A stretch of 64,000 nt of DNA from an uncultured Methylomirabilota bacterium (GCA_963705305.1 OY970067.1:672001-736000), one strand, 5' to 3'. Shown: positions 36,600 through 46,763, counted from the first letter of the stretch. Notes: generated from the letters alone by a model not told the origin. Numbers and translations: made by a program.

Positions 36600-37850
36600 T
36601 TACCTCCACCCCTTGAAGGGCCAGATCAGGGAGCCATGCGCCACCGAGGCGGGCCAGATGGTGACGTACTCTTTCCCCTGCAGCTGGTTGACATACGTGG
36701 ATGCCAGTGTGTTCATCCCCGTGGCATCATAACGGATGCCCCGGTACCCCATCATGAGCTGATTGGGGGTGAGGTTGGTCTCCATCAGCGCTTTGCGAAT
36801 GGCTTCCGGCTGGGTGGACCCGGCGCGATTGATGGCCTCCATCAAGGCGAAGAATCCCTGCATGTTGCGCCCGCTGGTGTCATCCAGATCCACGCCGGTC
36901 TTGGCCTTGTACAGTTCATTGATCTTGTAGGTTGCACTGCCGGGTTTGCCGATATCCCACGCACTGCGGTTGACCACCCCTTGCGCGATATCCCCCACGT
37001 CCTTGATGTACGACGGATCGGAGAAGCCCGTGTCGTCCCCGATCACCATGCGCGGCGAATAGTTAAGCGTCTTCATGGTCTTGGTGAACAGCAGCGCGTC
37101 CGAGGTGTAGCTGACGAAGATCGCCACATCGGGGTCCTTCTGTTTGAGCTGCAACACCTCGGCCGACACATCGATGCTGTTGGCGCTGTACGCAATCTGC
37201 GCGGCGAGGGTGAACCCGCCCTTCACCAGGACATCTCGGATCTCCCCGCCGACCGACGTCCCGTATTCGGTGTTCTCGTTGACCACCGCGAAGGTCTTGA
37301 CTTTGGTGCCGGCCTTCTGCAGGTCCGTCAGGAACCCGAGGTAGGCCGCGGCGTAATCCGATCCGATCGGCGTGCTCCGGAAAATCCACTTGAACCCGCG
37401 GGCGTTGATGAGCAGCGAGGAGGAGTCGCCCACCGTCCAGGGGATGCCGTATCGCTCGGCAATGGCCGTGCACGGAATGGTGACGGACGAATGGTAGGCG
37501 CCCTGCAGGGCGACCACCTTCTCCTGGGTGATCAGCCGCAGGGTTTCGCTCTGCCCGACGGACGGATTGCCCTGGCTGTCCGCGAAGACCACCTGCACCT
37601 TCGCCCCGCCGAGATTCGGCAATCCGACCGTGCTCCCCAGTGGAAGCCGTGCCATCTCTGGATAGCCGTGGTTGATGATGTCGGCGGCGACCTCGATCGC
37701 CGCCTTGGTGGCCTGACCGGCCGCCGCCGCGTTGCCGCTCAGAGGCTCGACCACGCCGATCTTCACGACCGGCGCCGCGGCCTCTCCGTGCGCCGGCCAC
37801 CCCAGCATGACCAGCAGGACCCCCGCCACGAGTGCCAGTGCTTTCCGCAT
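36600..37850 (-). CDS. HAAT ABC transporter substrate-binding protein
   Basis: Signal peptide, KIGVVEPLSG, GAYHSSVT. Confidence 0.88.
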   Translation of the reverse strand: MRKALALVAGVLLVMLGWPAHGEAAAPVVKIGVVEPLSGNAAAAGQATKAAIEVAADIINHGYPEMARLPLGSTVGLPNLGGAKVQVVFADSQGNPSVGQSETLRLITQEKVVALQGAYHSSVTIPCTAIAERYGIPWTVGDSSSLLINARGFKWIFRSTPIGSDYAAAYLGFLTDLQKAGTKVKTFAVVNENTEYGTSVGGEIRDVLVKGGFTLAAQIAYSANSIDVSAEVLQLKQKDPDVAIFVSYTSDALLFTKTMKTLNYSPRMVIGDDTGFSDPSYIKDVGDIAQGVVNRSAWDIGKPGSATYKINELYKAKTGVDLDDTSGRNMQGFFALMEAINRAGSTQPEAIRKALMETNLTPNQLMMGYRGIRYDATGMNTLASTYVNQLQGKEYVTIWPASVAHGSLIWPFKGWR

Positions 37851-37892
37851 GTGACGCCCTCCTTTGGCAATTCCCCTGCGCCCCCGGATCCC

Positions 37893-38087
37893 TCAGCGGG
37901 GATCCCGGTCGGCGAACAGGATGCCGCCCCGCCCCCAGCTGGCGCGCGGGACATCCTCGAAGATCACGTGGACACCGTCCAGGGGGGTCTTGGCGATCTG
38001 GGACACCGCCTCGCTGACGACCTTCGTCAGCTCCCGCTTCTGCTCGAGCGTCCGTCCTTCCAACAGGCGAATCGTAATTACCGGCAT
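37893..38087 (-). CDS. 4-oxalocrotonate tautomerase family protein
   Basis: Catalytic Pro1 (MPVITI), GRT.EQK, WG.GG; 64 aa. Confidence 0.9.
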   Translation of the reverse strand: MPVITIRLLEGRTLEQKRELTKVVSEAVSQIAKTPLDGVHVIFEDVPRASWGRGGILFADRDPR

Positions 38088-38109
38088 GGCAGCATCTCAC
38101 CTCCTCCCG

Positions 38110-38862
38110 TCATCCCGCCTTCAAGCTGAATCCTCCATCCACCAGGATCATCTGCCCGGTGATGAAGTTGGCATCGTCGGACGCCAGGAACAGGATGGCC
38201 TTGGCGATGTCCTCGGGCTGCGCCATCCGCTTCAGATAGGAGCCCTCGATCATCCCCTTCTTGACGGCATCGGGCAGAGGGGCGGTCAGGTCCGTCAAGG
38301 TGTGGCCCGGCGCCACGGTGTTCACGGTGATGTGCGGCGCCAGCTCCTTGGCCATGGTCTTGGTGAGGCTGATCACACCGCTCTTGGCGGCGCTGTAGTC
38401 CATGACCCCCTCGCGGCCGCAGTGGGGAACACCCCGGATCGAGGAGATGTTGACGATCTTTCCCGATTTTTGGGACAGCATGTGCCGGGCCGCCGCTTGG
38501 GCGCAGAGAAATACCCCGACGAGGTTGACCTCCAGCGTCTTGATCCAATCTTCCGCGGTCTTCTCCATGAAGGGCCTGGGGATGGTCATCCCTGCGTTGT
38601 TCACCAGGATATCGATCCGGCCGAACTCCTTGACAAACCCATCCACCGCGCTCCGGACCTGATCCGTCTTGGATACATCTGCCGCGAAGGTCCTGAGCGT
38701 GTATCCCTTGGCCTTGGCGATTTCGCTCGCTTTGGTCAGATGATCCTGGTTCAGATCGATGACCCCCACCTGTCCGCCCTCGGCCAGCATCAGCAGGGCG
38801 GTGGTGGCGCCAATTCCCCGCCCTCCCCCGGTGATCAAGGCCGTTTTTCCTTGGAATCTCAT
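38110..38862 (-). CDS. SDR family oxidoreductase (FabG-like)
   Basis: TGGGRGIG, NNAG, NISS, YSAAK, ITGQ..VDGG. Confidence 0.9.
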   Translation of the reverse strand: MRFQGKTALITGGGRGIGATTALLMLAEGGQVGVIDLNQDHLTKASEIAKAKGYTLRTFAADVSKTDQVRSAVDGFVKEFGRIDILVNNAGMTIPRPFMEKTAEDWIKTLEVNLVGVFLCAQAAARHMLSQKSGKIVNISSIRGVPHCGREGVMDYSAAKSGVISLTKTMAKELAPHITVNTVAPGHTLTDLTAPLPDAVKKGMIEGSYLKRMAQPEDIAKAILFLASDDANFITGQMILVDGGFSLKAG

Positions 38863-38990
38863 CCGTTCACCTTCCTTCCCTGTCGAAGACGTTGCGCAGG
38901 CAGGTTAGGCCGTCCGGCTGACGGCCGTCGCCCGCTCTCTCCTCAGGCGCCGCCCCGGGACACGATTCAGACACCTGGAGCGGCCTGGCC

Positions 38991-39791
38991 TCACCCCCCT
39001 CCCCCGAGAATCTCACCCACAAACCCGAGCCGGGCAGAGATTTCCCGCGCCCCGGCTTGCACGCGCTCGGCGAGGCGCGAGAGGATCCGCACGGGCAGCC
39101 GCTGCCGGGGGCCCGAGATGCTCAGCGCAGCCACCACCACACCTCGGTGGTCGCAGATGGGGGCCGCCACGCAGCGGAGGCCAAGGCTACACTCTTCATC
39201 ATCAATGGAGAAGCCCAGCTGGCGGATCTGGGCAAGCATGCGCTGGAGCGCTCGGAACCCTCCAACTGTTCGAGGGGTGAGGCGCTTGAGCCGCTGCCCC
39301 TGCAGCCGCCGCATCAGCTCGTCCGGCGGCAGGGCGGCAAGCAGGACTTTCCCCAGCCCCGTAGCATGGGCCGGCACCCCACCTTCTACGTCCAGCCGCA
39401 GGCGCACGAGACCCGGGCTCTCTACCTTGTGCAGGTTGACCACCCGCGTCCCATCCAGGACACCCAGATTCACGGTTTCTCCCGTCTCGGCGGCGAGAGC
39501 CTCCATGACGGCGTGGGCGGCCTCTCTGAGTCCATACCGATCGGCCCCGCGACTGCCGAGAGCAAACAGGCGGTAGGTGAGCTGATACTGGTCACTCCGG
39601 GGATCTTTCTCGACGTAGCCCCGGCGGACCAGTGTCGCCAGCAGCCGATACACGGAGCTCTTGCCCAGACCCACCTTCTTGGACAGTTCGGTCAAGCTCA
39701 TCGACTGAACCGCCCCCAGGGTCTCCAGAATGGAGAGGGCCCCCTCGACGGCGGGCGCGGCGTAACGGGTGGGTCGGTTCAGGCTTGGCAT
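38991..39791 (-). CDS. IclR family transcriptional regulator
   Basis: HTH (KSSVYRLLATL), ETVNLG, HATGLGK, DEE...GLRCVAAP. Confidence 0.92.
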   Translation of the reverse strand: MPSLNRPTRYAAPAVEGALSILETLGAVQSMSLTELSKKVGLGKSSVYRLLATLVRRGYVEKDPRSDQYQLTYRLFALGSRGADRYGLREAAHAVMEALAAETGETVNLGVLDGTRVVNLHKVESPGLVRLRLDVEGGVPAHATGLGKVLLAALPPDELMRRLQGQRLKRLTPRTVGGFRALQRMLAQIRQLGFSIDDEECSLGLRCVAAPICDHRGVVVAALSISGPRQRLPVRILSRLAERVQAGAREISARLGFVGEILGGGG

Positions 39792-39873
39792 GGCGAGTCC
39801 TTGTCAACCTGTTCCTCAGACAAGGCGGAGCTTGAACCCGGAAAGGCCTTCTGAGATCAGCCGGAGAGATCAA

Positions 39874-39916
39874 GTTCAGCATATGGAACATAGTTTAATC
39901 AGCAAAACAATGTCAA
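39874..39916 (-). promoter_or_regulatory. Promoter and IclR-type operator
   Basis: Minus strand TTGACA, 18 bp, TATGTT; palindrome GTTCAGCATATGGAAC (39874-39889) overlaps the -10/TSS. Confidence 0.65.
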
Positions 39917-40140
39917 GCCCCTTTTTTCGCGGCCACCGCTCCCCGCCAATTGTCTTGGCAGCATTTTCGGAGGGCGGGAATGCGCGGAAGGAGTCGGCGG
40001 CGTCAGCTTGAGGGAGAAGAGGCTCGACCCGTGCGACCAGCTCCTGCCGTTCGCGTTCATAGACCTTCAAGCGCGTGTTGACTTTGCCGCCGGTTGGAAG
40101 TATACGATTCCTAATGCGGCACCTTTACGAGGCTATCCAG

Positions 40141-40362
40141 GATCGGGTGGGCGGCTGGCGGGCGATGGTGGATTCGGTGATGATTGATACCGCCTACGAT
40201 GGCCAGGTGCTCAACGTCGCCCTCACCGACATCCCCGAGCGCAAGGCCGACCTTGTTGCCGGCCGGTACGAACTCCCCGCTCCAGCCGGTCCGACGACCA
40301 TCGCCGTCAAGATTACCGATATGCTGGGTGAGGAGGTCCTTGTGACGCGGGAAGTGGCCTAG
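40141..40362 (+). pseudogene. C-terminal remnant of a site-specific DNA methyltransferase (type III Mod-like)
   Basis: WRAMVDSVMIDTAYDGQV...IAVKITDMLGEE resembles Mod C-termini; no DPPY or FxGxG motifs, no credible start. Confidence 0.6.
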
Positions 40363-40408
40363 CCCCGGCTGGACGGGACCGGCGGCGGGTGAGGTGTACG
40401 ACTTTCGG

Positions 40409-40834
40409 CTACAGGCGGATGATGCGGAACCCCTCTCGGCTGGCGGCCTCAACGAGGCGGTCGTCGAGGCTGACGAAATCGAGGCTGGCGGGTTCGTATT
40501 CGGCGGCCACCAGGGCCGCGGCGAGCTGGAGGCTGTCGCTGGCGCGGAGCGGATGGACCCGGAGCATGCGCTGCGCGGCGGTCCGGACGGCGTCGGTGGC
40601 CAGCACTTCGTGCCATGCCCCGCCGACGGCCCGCAATCGTTCCAGGGCCTGACCGACCTCGGCCACGCCGAGGGCGGAGTCGCGCTCCCGCCGGGCGATG
40701 GCCGAGGCGCATTCGACGGGAGTGCCCCACCAGACGATCATCCCGGCGTCCCGTCGAAGCAGATCCAAGAGAGCATCCCGCGGCGACTCGTCAACCAGCA
40801 GAGGAACGATGGCGGAGCTGTCCCAGAAGATCAC
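40409..40834 (-). CDS. vapC: PIN-domain (VapC) toxin
   Basis: FWDSSAIVPL, VEC.SA, LRASDSLQLAAA, LDDRL..AA..EG. Confidence 0.88.
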   Translation of the reverse strand: MIFWDSSAIVPLLVDESPRDALLDLLRRDAGMIVWWGTPVECASAIARRERDSALGVAEVGQALERLRAVGGAWHEVLATDAVRTAAQRMLRVHPLRASDSLQLAAALVAAEYEPASLDFVSLDDRLVEAASREGFRIIRL

Positions 40835-41118
40835 CGGCTCTCCCGCCGCTCTTCGAGGAGCGCCTCCACGACACTCCGCCTAGGTTTCGGCACCGGCCCC
40901 CGGAGCGTCGTGGGCGATACCGGCCCCGTCGCCCGCCGCAGAAGTCCCGCGCGCTCCAGGCGGGCAAGGCGACCCTCCGGATGGGCCGCGGCCTCCACGC
41001 GGTCGAGCCGGGCCACCGGCTGATCCCGATCCAGGATCAGGATGGGTTGGCCGGCTTTGACCTTTTTCAGGTACGCGCTCAGGCGGCTCTTGATCTCCGA
41101 AATAGTGGCCTTTTCCAT
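40831..41118 (-). CDS. Phd/YefM-family antitoxin
   Basis: TISEIKSRLSAYL..VKAG..ILI.DR..PVARL; GTGA overlap with toxin. Confidence 0.88.
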   Translation of the reverse strand: MEKATISEIKSRLSAYLKKVKAGQPILILDRDQPVARLDRVEAAAHPEGRLARLERAGLLRRATGPVSPTTLRGPVPKPRRSVVEALLEERRESR

Positions 41119-41153
41119 GTGACCAATATAGTCATTTCTCAGAGACCAGTCAA
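41119..41153 (-). promoter_or_regulatory. TA promoter (probably leaderless) with autoregulatory palindrome
   Basis: TTGACT, 17 bp, TATATT, 6 nt, ATG; TGAC-caatata-GTCA palindrome over the -10. Confidence 0.7.
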
Positions 41154-41194
41154 TAACTTCTGTGGCCTCGTCCGACTGTCTTTCGGGTCGGTCC

Positions 41195-41784
41195 TACGGC
41201 GAGGCCCCGCAGGTGGATCCGGGACTCCGATATCTCACCGTGCTCGGCGGGGCCGGCGTGACCTTCGGCCTCGGATTCTACGAGAGGCCGGAGGCCCTGG
41301 ACATGCTCCTCGCAGGGGGCGGCTCGGATGCCCTCCTTGGCCGCTGGTCGGTGTTGTACGGACCCATCGCGGACCTCCCTCTTGGCGACGTTGAGCTCTG
41401 GGAAGAGCACGCGCTTCCAGTCGCGGGCGACGACACCCATCCCGTCTTGCGGAGGAGTCGCCCGATCCTGAGGCGGCCCGCGAGCTCTATGTCCAGGGCG
41501 TGGCGGCGGGCGAGCGGGCCCTCGGCCCCGAGGTTTTCGAGACCGAAGCGGGCCATTTTTGGGGGGTGACGGAAACGCGGCCCTACATGCGCGCCCGCTT
41601 CGGGCTGGCCCGTTGCCTGGAAGATCTGGAGCGCACGGACGAGGCCATCGGTCACTCTGGAAGCATGGAAGAGGCAGTGATCACGGTTGACGAGCTGGGC
41701 CGGGCATGGCAGGCGACGCCGGGAGCCGCCCAGTGGCTGCGCGCCGAAAAGCCAAAGGGGAGACCGCGAGCACGGAAGCGGTAA
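41195..41784 (+). pseudogene. Relic of a TPR-like hypothetical gene with internal deletions
   Basis: Frame 1 VLGGAGVTFGLGFY...LPVAG; frame change near 41445 to LAEES...HFWGVTETRPYMRAR...EAIGH, joined directly to GS.EEA...AW..TPGA..WL. Confidence 0.6.
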
Positions 41785-41889
41785 TCTCCGGCCCCTCCGA
41801 AAGCGCTTGACGCCGGATAGATACGCGCCAGCAGAAAACGCTCCGCAACCGGGAAGGCAGCCGGAATGCCGTCCGGTCCTCCGGCTCTC

Positions 41890-42204
41890 CTACTTCATCT
41901 GCGAGAATTCCGTCGGCGAGAGGATCTTGTTGCTCTGGCTGACCACGATGGCGCGCAGGCGCGCCAGCACCTCCGCCCGGCGCGGGTCCCTGGCCCAGGC
42001 CCCCCACTTCGCCTGCCGCTCGTTGAGATCGGCGTAGGCCCACAGGTGCACCACCTCGTTCAGCTGCCCGATCTCGGTATGCCAGAAACCGACCGGCGCG
42101 ATCCCATGCTCGGCGATGCAGGGCAGAATCTTGGTGCGGGCCAGCTCCAGGTACTCCGGGAGCCCGCCGACGACAAGTTGATAGGTCCGCAGCTCGTAGA
42201 TCAT
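41890..42204 (-). CDS. NIPSNAP family protein
   Basis: MIYELRTY, GFW.TEIG.LN.V.HLWAY..L.ER, IL.PT.FS. Confidence 0.9.
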   Translation of the reverse strand: MIYELRTYQLVVGGLPEYLELARTKILPCIAEHGIAPVGFWHTEIGQLNEVVHLWAYADLNERQAKWGAWARDPRRAEVLARLRAIVVSQSNKILSPTEFSQMK

Positions 42205-42285
42205 AGCCTCGCGCTCCTCCGGGTGCCTGCGGGTTCCCTCCGCCACACACCCCTCACCAGCCGCATGCGTCCCTCCTCGCCTCTG

Positions 42286-43833
42286 CTACTTTACTGCCGT
42301 CCCCAGCGCCGCCGCCGCCCTGGCGGCCGCCTCGGCCGCCAGCCTGGCCTCCATCTCCAGCGACTTCTTCTGCCGCAGGATTCCCGTGACGGTCGTGAAG
42401 GCGGCCAGGAGCAGGATCGTCAGCGCGATCGGATGGGTCACCAAGATCGAGAGATCACCTCGCGACATGGCCATGGAGCGGCGGAAGTTGGATTCCAGCA
42501 TGACGCCCAGGATCTGGGCCAACACCATGGGCGAGACGGGGTATTCGTACCGGATCAGGATATAGCCAAGGAACCCGAACGCCACACAGGTGATCATGTC
42601 GAAGATATCGTTGTCGATGGCGTAAGAGCCCACCATGCAGGCCAGAAAGATCAGCGGCACCAGGAAGCGGCGATCCACGCTGATGACCTTGGCGAAGAAC
42701 CGGGCGAAGGTCAACCCCAGGATCACGAACACGAAGTTGGCCATGATCATCCCGGCGAAGATCTGGTGGACCAGGTCCGCATGGTCCACGAAGAGGAGCG
42801 GGCCGGGTTGGAGGTTGTGGATGGTCATGGCCCCCATCAGAACGGCGGTGGCCGCATCCCCCGGCACTCCCAGGGTCATCATGGGCAGGAGGTCTCCACC
42901 GGTGCTGGCATTCTCGGCGCACTGGGGAGCCGCCACCCCCTCCAGGATGCCCGTGCCGAACAGCTCCGGATGCTTGGAGGTCCGCTTGGCCTCGCTATAC
43001 GCGATGAAGCAGGAGGTTTCGGCCCCGATGGCCGGGGTGACCCCCACGATCAGGCCGATGATGCCAGCGCGCACAAACGTCCACGTGCACTCCTTCAGTT
43101 CTCGGAGCCGGGGAATGATGTTCGTCAGAACCGCGCTCACCCGGGGCGCGCTGAGGACGACCTCGACCTGGCGGAAACACTCCGAGAGGGCGAAGAGGCC
43201 GATCAGCATCGGCACGAAGGAGAAGCCGCCGGTCAGCTGCGTCGTCCCGAACGTGAACCGTGGGAAGCCCCCCATGGGATCCAGGCCGACCATCGCGATG
43301 AGAAGGCCGAGACAGCCGGAGATGATGCCCTTCAGGGGGGACCTGCCGGTCAGGCTCACGGTGACCGACAGGCCGAAGACCGCCAGGGCGAAGTACTCGG
43401 GGGCGCTGAAGCGGAGGGCGAAGTTGGCCAGGATCGGGGCAAAGAAGGTCAGACACAGTGCCGTGAACATGCCGCCAATGCCCGAAGCAATGGTGGACAT
43501 GCCGATGGCCTTGCCGGCCATGCCCTTCAGGGCCAGGGGATATCCGTCAAACGTTGTTGCCGCAGCGGCCGGAGTCCCGGGCGTCTTCATCAGGATGGAG
43601 GCGATGCCTCCACCGTAGATCGCCCCCGTATAGATGCCCAGAAGCATCACGATGCCGGTGAACGGATCCATGCCGAAGGTGAACGGGACCAGCAGGGCGA
43701 TTCCCATGGTTGCAGTGAGTCCCGGGATGGCCCCGATGATGATCCCGGAAAAGGAGCCCAGGACGAGCGCCAAGAGATTGCGCCCCCACAGCACCGTGGC
43801 GAAGCCTTTATACAAGAGCCCCAGATCGACCAT
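42286..43833 (-). CDS. tctA: Tripartite tricarboxylate transporter permease
   Basis: GAIPGL, YGG.I.SIL..TPGT, DGYP, PEYFAL, LGVPG, PGPLLF. Confidence 0.9.
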   Translation of the reverse strand: MVDLGLLYKGFATVLWGRNLLALVLGSFSGIIIGAIPGLTATMGIALLVPFTFGMDPFTGIVMLLGIYTGAIYGGGIASILMKTPGTPAAAATTFDGYPLALKGMAGKAIGMSTIASGIGGMFTALCLTFFAPILANFALRFSAPEYFALAVFGLSVTVSLTGRSPLKGIISGCLGLLIAMVGLDPMGGFPRFTFGTTQLTGGFSFVPMLIGLFALSECFRQVEVVLSAPRVSAVLTNIIPRLRELKECTWTFVRAGIIGLIVGVTPAIGAETSCFIAYSEAKRTSKHPELFGTGILEGVAAPQCAENASTGGDLLPMMTLGVPGDAATAVLMGAMTIHNLQPGPLLFVDHADLVHQIFAGMIMANFVFVILGLTFARFFAKVISVDRRFLVPLIFLACMVGSYAIDNDIFDMITCVAFGFLGYILIRYEYPVSPMVLAQILGVMLESNFRRSMAMSRGDLSILVTHPIALTILLLAAFTTVTGILRQKKSLEMEARLAAEAAARAAAALGTAVK

Positions 43834-43856
43834 GCCACACCCTCCGTGGGAGAGAC

Positions 43857-44354
43857 CTAGCGGATGCGCCCGAAGCTGAGCCAGTTCACGACGTCCTCGG
43901 CGGGTCCCCGTGGGAGGGGCACGTGCAGAACCGTGTCGAAGATGGCGTAGACCATCAGGGGCGTGAGCACCGCCACCAGGATCAGCACCGGCCACCGACG
44001 CTCGCCCAGGATCCAGAGGAAGCACAGCATGTACAGGAACGTGGTGGCATCAAACCCGATGCGCACGATGGCGAACAGGTAGGCGAACGTCAGGACGGCC
44101 ACCAGCGTGACGCGCCGGAGGTCTACGCCCTCCAGTCGCTTCTCCAGCGAGAGCGCCCGGCCGGTCAGCGCCCGGTAGAGGAGCAAGAGGGCGGCCAGCA
44201 AGAGGAGACTCGCCACCCCTCTCGGGATGACGAAGGGCCGGCCGAGCAAAGCCACCACCGGCCACGTGGTGGATTCGTAGAAGACATAGAGACAGATCGG
44301 GATGACGAGCAGGGCAACGATGATGTCGGCCTTCTTCATGGTCAAATTGGCCAT
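43857..44354 (-). CDS. tctB: Tripartite tricarboxylate transporter small subunit
   Basis: About four TM helices, C-terminal F...L.VPLP.G; between tctC and tctA. Confidence 0.85.
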   Translation of the reverse strand: MANLTMKKADIIVALLVIPICLYVFYESTTWPVVALLGRPFVIPRGVASLLLLAALLLLYRALTGRALSLEKRLEGVDLRRVTLVAVLTFAYLFAIVRIGFDATTFLYMLCFLWILGERRWPVLILVAVLTPLMVYAIFDTVLHVPLPRGPAEDVVNWLSFGRIR

Positions 44355-44439
44355 AGCACACCCCGGAGCGCGCAGCCCGGCAACCGCTCTGGGGGGAGGG
44401 CACTCGCCCTCCCCCCGTCCGCAGTCGCGTGCGTCGAGC

Positions 44440-45411
44440 TTACTTCTTCAGGAGGCCCACCTGGGCCAAGACAGGTTTCAGAGACGTTTCCATGCCCGCC
44501 AGGAACTCCCCGAACTTGTCGTATTCCATGTAGGTGCGGGGGAGGGCTAGGCCATCCATCAGCTTCACGTACTCCGGATCCTCCGCGGCCTTGCGGAAGC
44601 CGTCGCGGAGCACCTTGAGGATCTCGGGGGGCGTGCCCTTTGCCACCCCGAGCCCGCGCCAGTCGAAGATCGGATTCTCGATCGGATAGCCGGCCTCGGC
44701 GATGGTCGGGACTTCGGGGAAGAACGGGTTGCGGGTCGGCGAGACGGCCGCCAGGATCCGAACCTGCTTCGTCTTGTAGAACTGGAGCATCTCGTCCATC
44801 CCAGTGGAGGCCATGGTGATGTGCCCGCCAGCCAGGGCCACGCGGGTGGGGGCCGCCCCGTCAAACGGAACAAAGGTGAGGTTCAGATTGTAGGTCTTGG
44901 CCAGCAGGGCCGCCGACAGGTGCCAGGGCTGGCCCGGGCCCGCGTGGCCTATCGTCACGACGCCGGGATTGGCCTTGGCGTATTCCACCAGGTCTTTCAT
45001 CGTCTTGAACTGCGAATCCCCCTTGACCGAGAAGCCTGCCGGACTGCGGTTGAGGAGGGCGATGAGATCGAAGTCCTCATAGCCGAGGTTCGCCAGACCG
45101 ATCATCCGATACGTGCTGAGATTGAAGGTGATCACGCCGACGGTATAGCCGTCCGGCTTCGAGGTGGCCACGGAGTTCATTCCGACGGCCCCGGTCCCGC
45201 CGACCTTGTTCACCACGTTAATGTTGACGCCGAAATACTTCTTGCCGTGCATGGCCAATGTCCGGGCCAGCGTGTCCGTGCCGCCGCCCGCGGCCCACGG
45301 CACGACCAGGGTGATGTCCCGCTCCGGGAAGCCCGCCGCCGACGCCGAGACAGGAAGGACCAAAACGAGGGCGAAGAGTCCGACGACGATAAGAGCATAC
45401 TTTCGCAGCAT
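44440..45411 (-). CDS. tctC: Tripartite tricarboxylate transporter substrate-binding protein (Bug)
   Basis: Signal peptide, VPWAAGGGTD, PDGYT, VPT..EAG, WRG. Confidence 0.9.
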   Translation of the reverse strand: MLRKYALIVVGLFALVLVLPVSASAAGFPERDITLVVPWAAGGGTDTLARTLAMHGKKYFGVNINVVNKVGGTGAVGMNSVATSKPDGYTVGVITFNLSTYRMIGLANLGYEDFDLIALLNRSPAGFSVKGDSQFKTMKDLVEYAKANPGVVTIGHAGPGQPWHLSAALLAKTYNLNLTFVPFDGAAPTRVALAGGHITMASTGMDEMLQFYKTKQVRILAAVSPTRNPFFPEVPTIAEAGYPIENPIFDWRGLGVAKGTPPEILKVLRDGFRKAAEDPEYVKLMDGLALPRTYMEYDKFGEFLAGMETSLKPVLAQVGLLKK

Positions 45412-45715
45412 GACCGCCTCCTTTCTCCGTGCCAGGTTACCGGCCGACCCTGTAAGGAAATGTCCGGCATACGCTGGTGCGCTTCCACCTCCTTTCCATG
45501 CTCATGTGCAGAATGAGACCACTGCTCCCTTCCGATCCGGCCGCCCCGCTATGTTGGCGAGGCGGCGCCTCGCCGCCAAGGATGACTCTGCCATATACTC
45601 CGCAGTCAGGGCAATGCCCCGTCGAGATTGTCTGAAGGATGGGACAAATCTCCGGAGCAGATACCCGGACCGTCCTTGGCAGAAATCGGCGGCGGGCGCC
45701 GCCTCTACACCTCGC

Positions 45716-46638
45716 CTATTTTCCGAACTTGGCCTGCAAGTACTCCACGCTTTTCTTGTGGTTCTCGATGGCCTGCGCCAGGGTGTCCGGCTGATCCAGC
45801 TCGAAGCCGATGTAATTCATCTTGGCCTTGGCGACGATGGCGAAGATGGTGCTGAAGTCCAGCTCGTTGTCTCCGGCGACCTGCTGAATCTTGTGATCCT
45901 TGGAGGTCTTCAGGTGCATATACGCCATACGGTTCGCGTACTTCTCGATGAACGCCTGGGCATCTGCCGGCTTGGTCCACACCCGGGAGACGCAGAAGAA
46001 GTTGCCGGTATCGAACTGGAGGCCGAGGTTGGCATTGGCGTTCCCGAACAGATCTTCCGTCCCGAAGGAATTGACGCCGTTCCCCCTGATTGCCTCCAGC
46101 CCGTTCTCCACGACGTACCGCAGCCCGAACATCTTGGCGAAATTGGCGGCCTGATTGGCCCTCGTCACCGCTTTCTGAAACTCGGCGAAGGTCCAAGTCG
46201 TCTTCTGGGGGTCCATGGCGAACTCGAGGCCGGTGATCGCCCCGCGAACCGTGTGGGGCCCCTTCGTGAAGACGGCCGCGTTCGCCACCCCCCGCGAGAA
46301 GACCTCCCAGAAGTTCGGATCCAAGATCCCGACGTTCATCGCATAGGCGATCTCGACATCCCGCTGCTCGGCGTAGGCCGCCAGCTCCTTGGCCTCCGCC
46401 AGCGTGAGGTCCGCGAACGGATCGCGAATCTCGGTCCACCAGTACCCCTGCTCGTTGGCGAAATCGATGGCATTCTTCGCCCTCTTAAAGGTGTCTGGCC
46501 ACTGCTTGATGAAGTTGACGTTGAGGAATCCCAGCTTGACGTTGGGGTACTGCTTCAGCACGATCTTTTCGGCGGCGAGGGCGCTACTCGCGAAGAGGGT
46601 AGCGCACAAGAAATGGTGATGGCCAACAATCGTTTCAT
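45716..46638 (-). CDS. Exported sugar phosphate isomerase/epimerase-like TIM barrel (frameshift in signal peptide)
   Basis: VEN, QFDTGNF, HLK, FE metal-site pattern; AAGGAG + ATG at 46638 (MKRLLAITI) is one base out of frame with LCATLFASSALA. Confidence 0.65.
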
Positions 46639-46763
46639 GATCGGCTCCTTTTGCGTCCCACGGACGATGAGTTGGACCGCCTCAGAAGCGACCGGACTGC
46701 TCTCCTTGGGGAGAGCAGAAGGATGCCGGGCGGAGCTGGACGCTTCTGAGGCACGTCACACCA

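Noticed and set aside
39876..40070. 64-aa minus-strand ORF
   Set aside because: Runs through the iclR promoter/operator and has no RBS or recognisable family; at most debris
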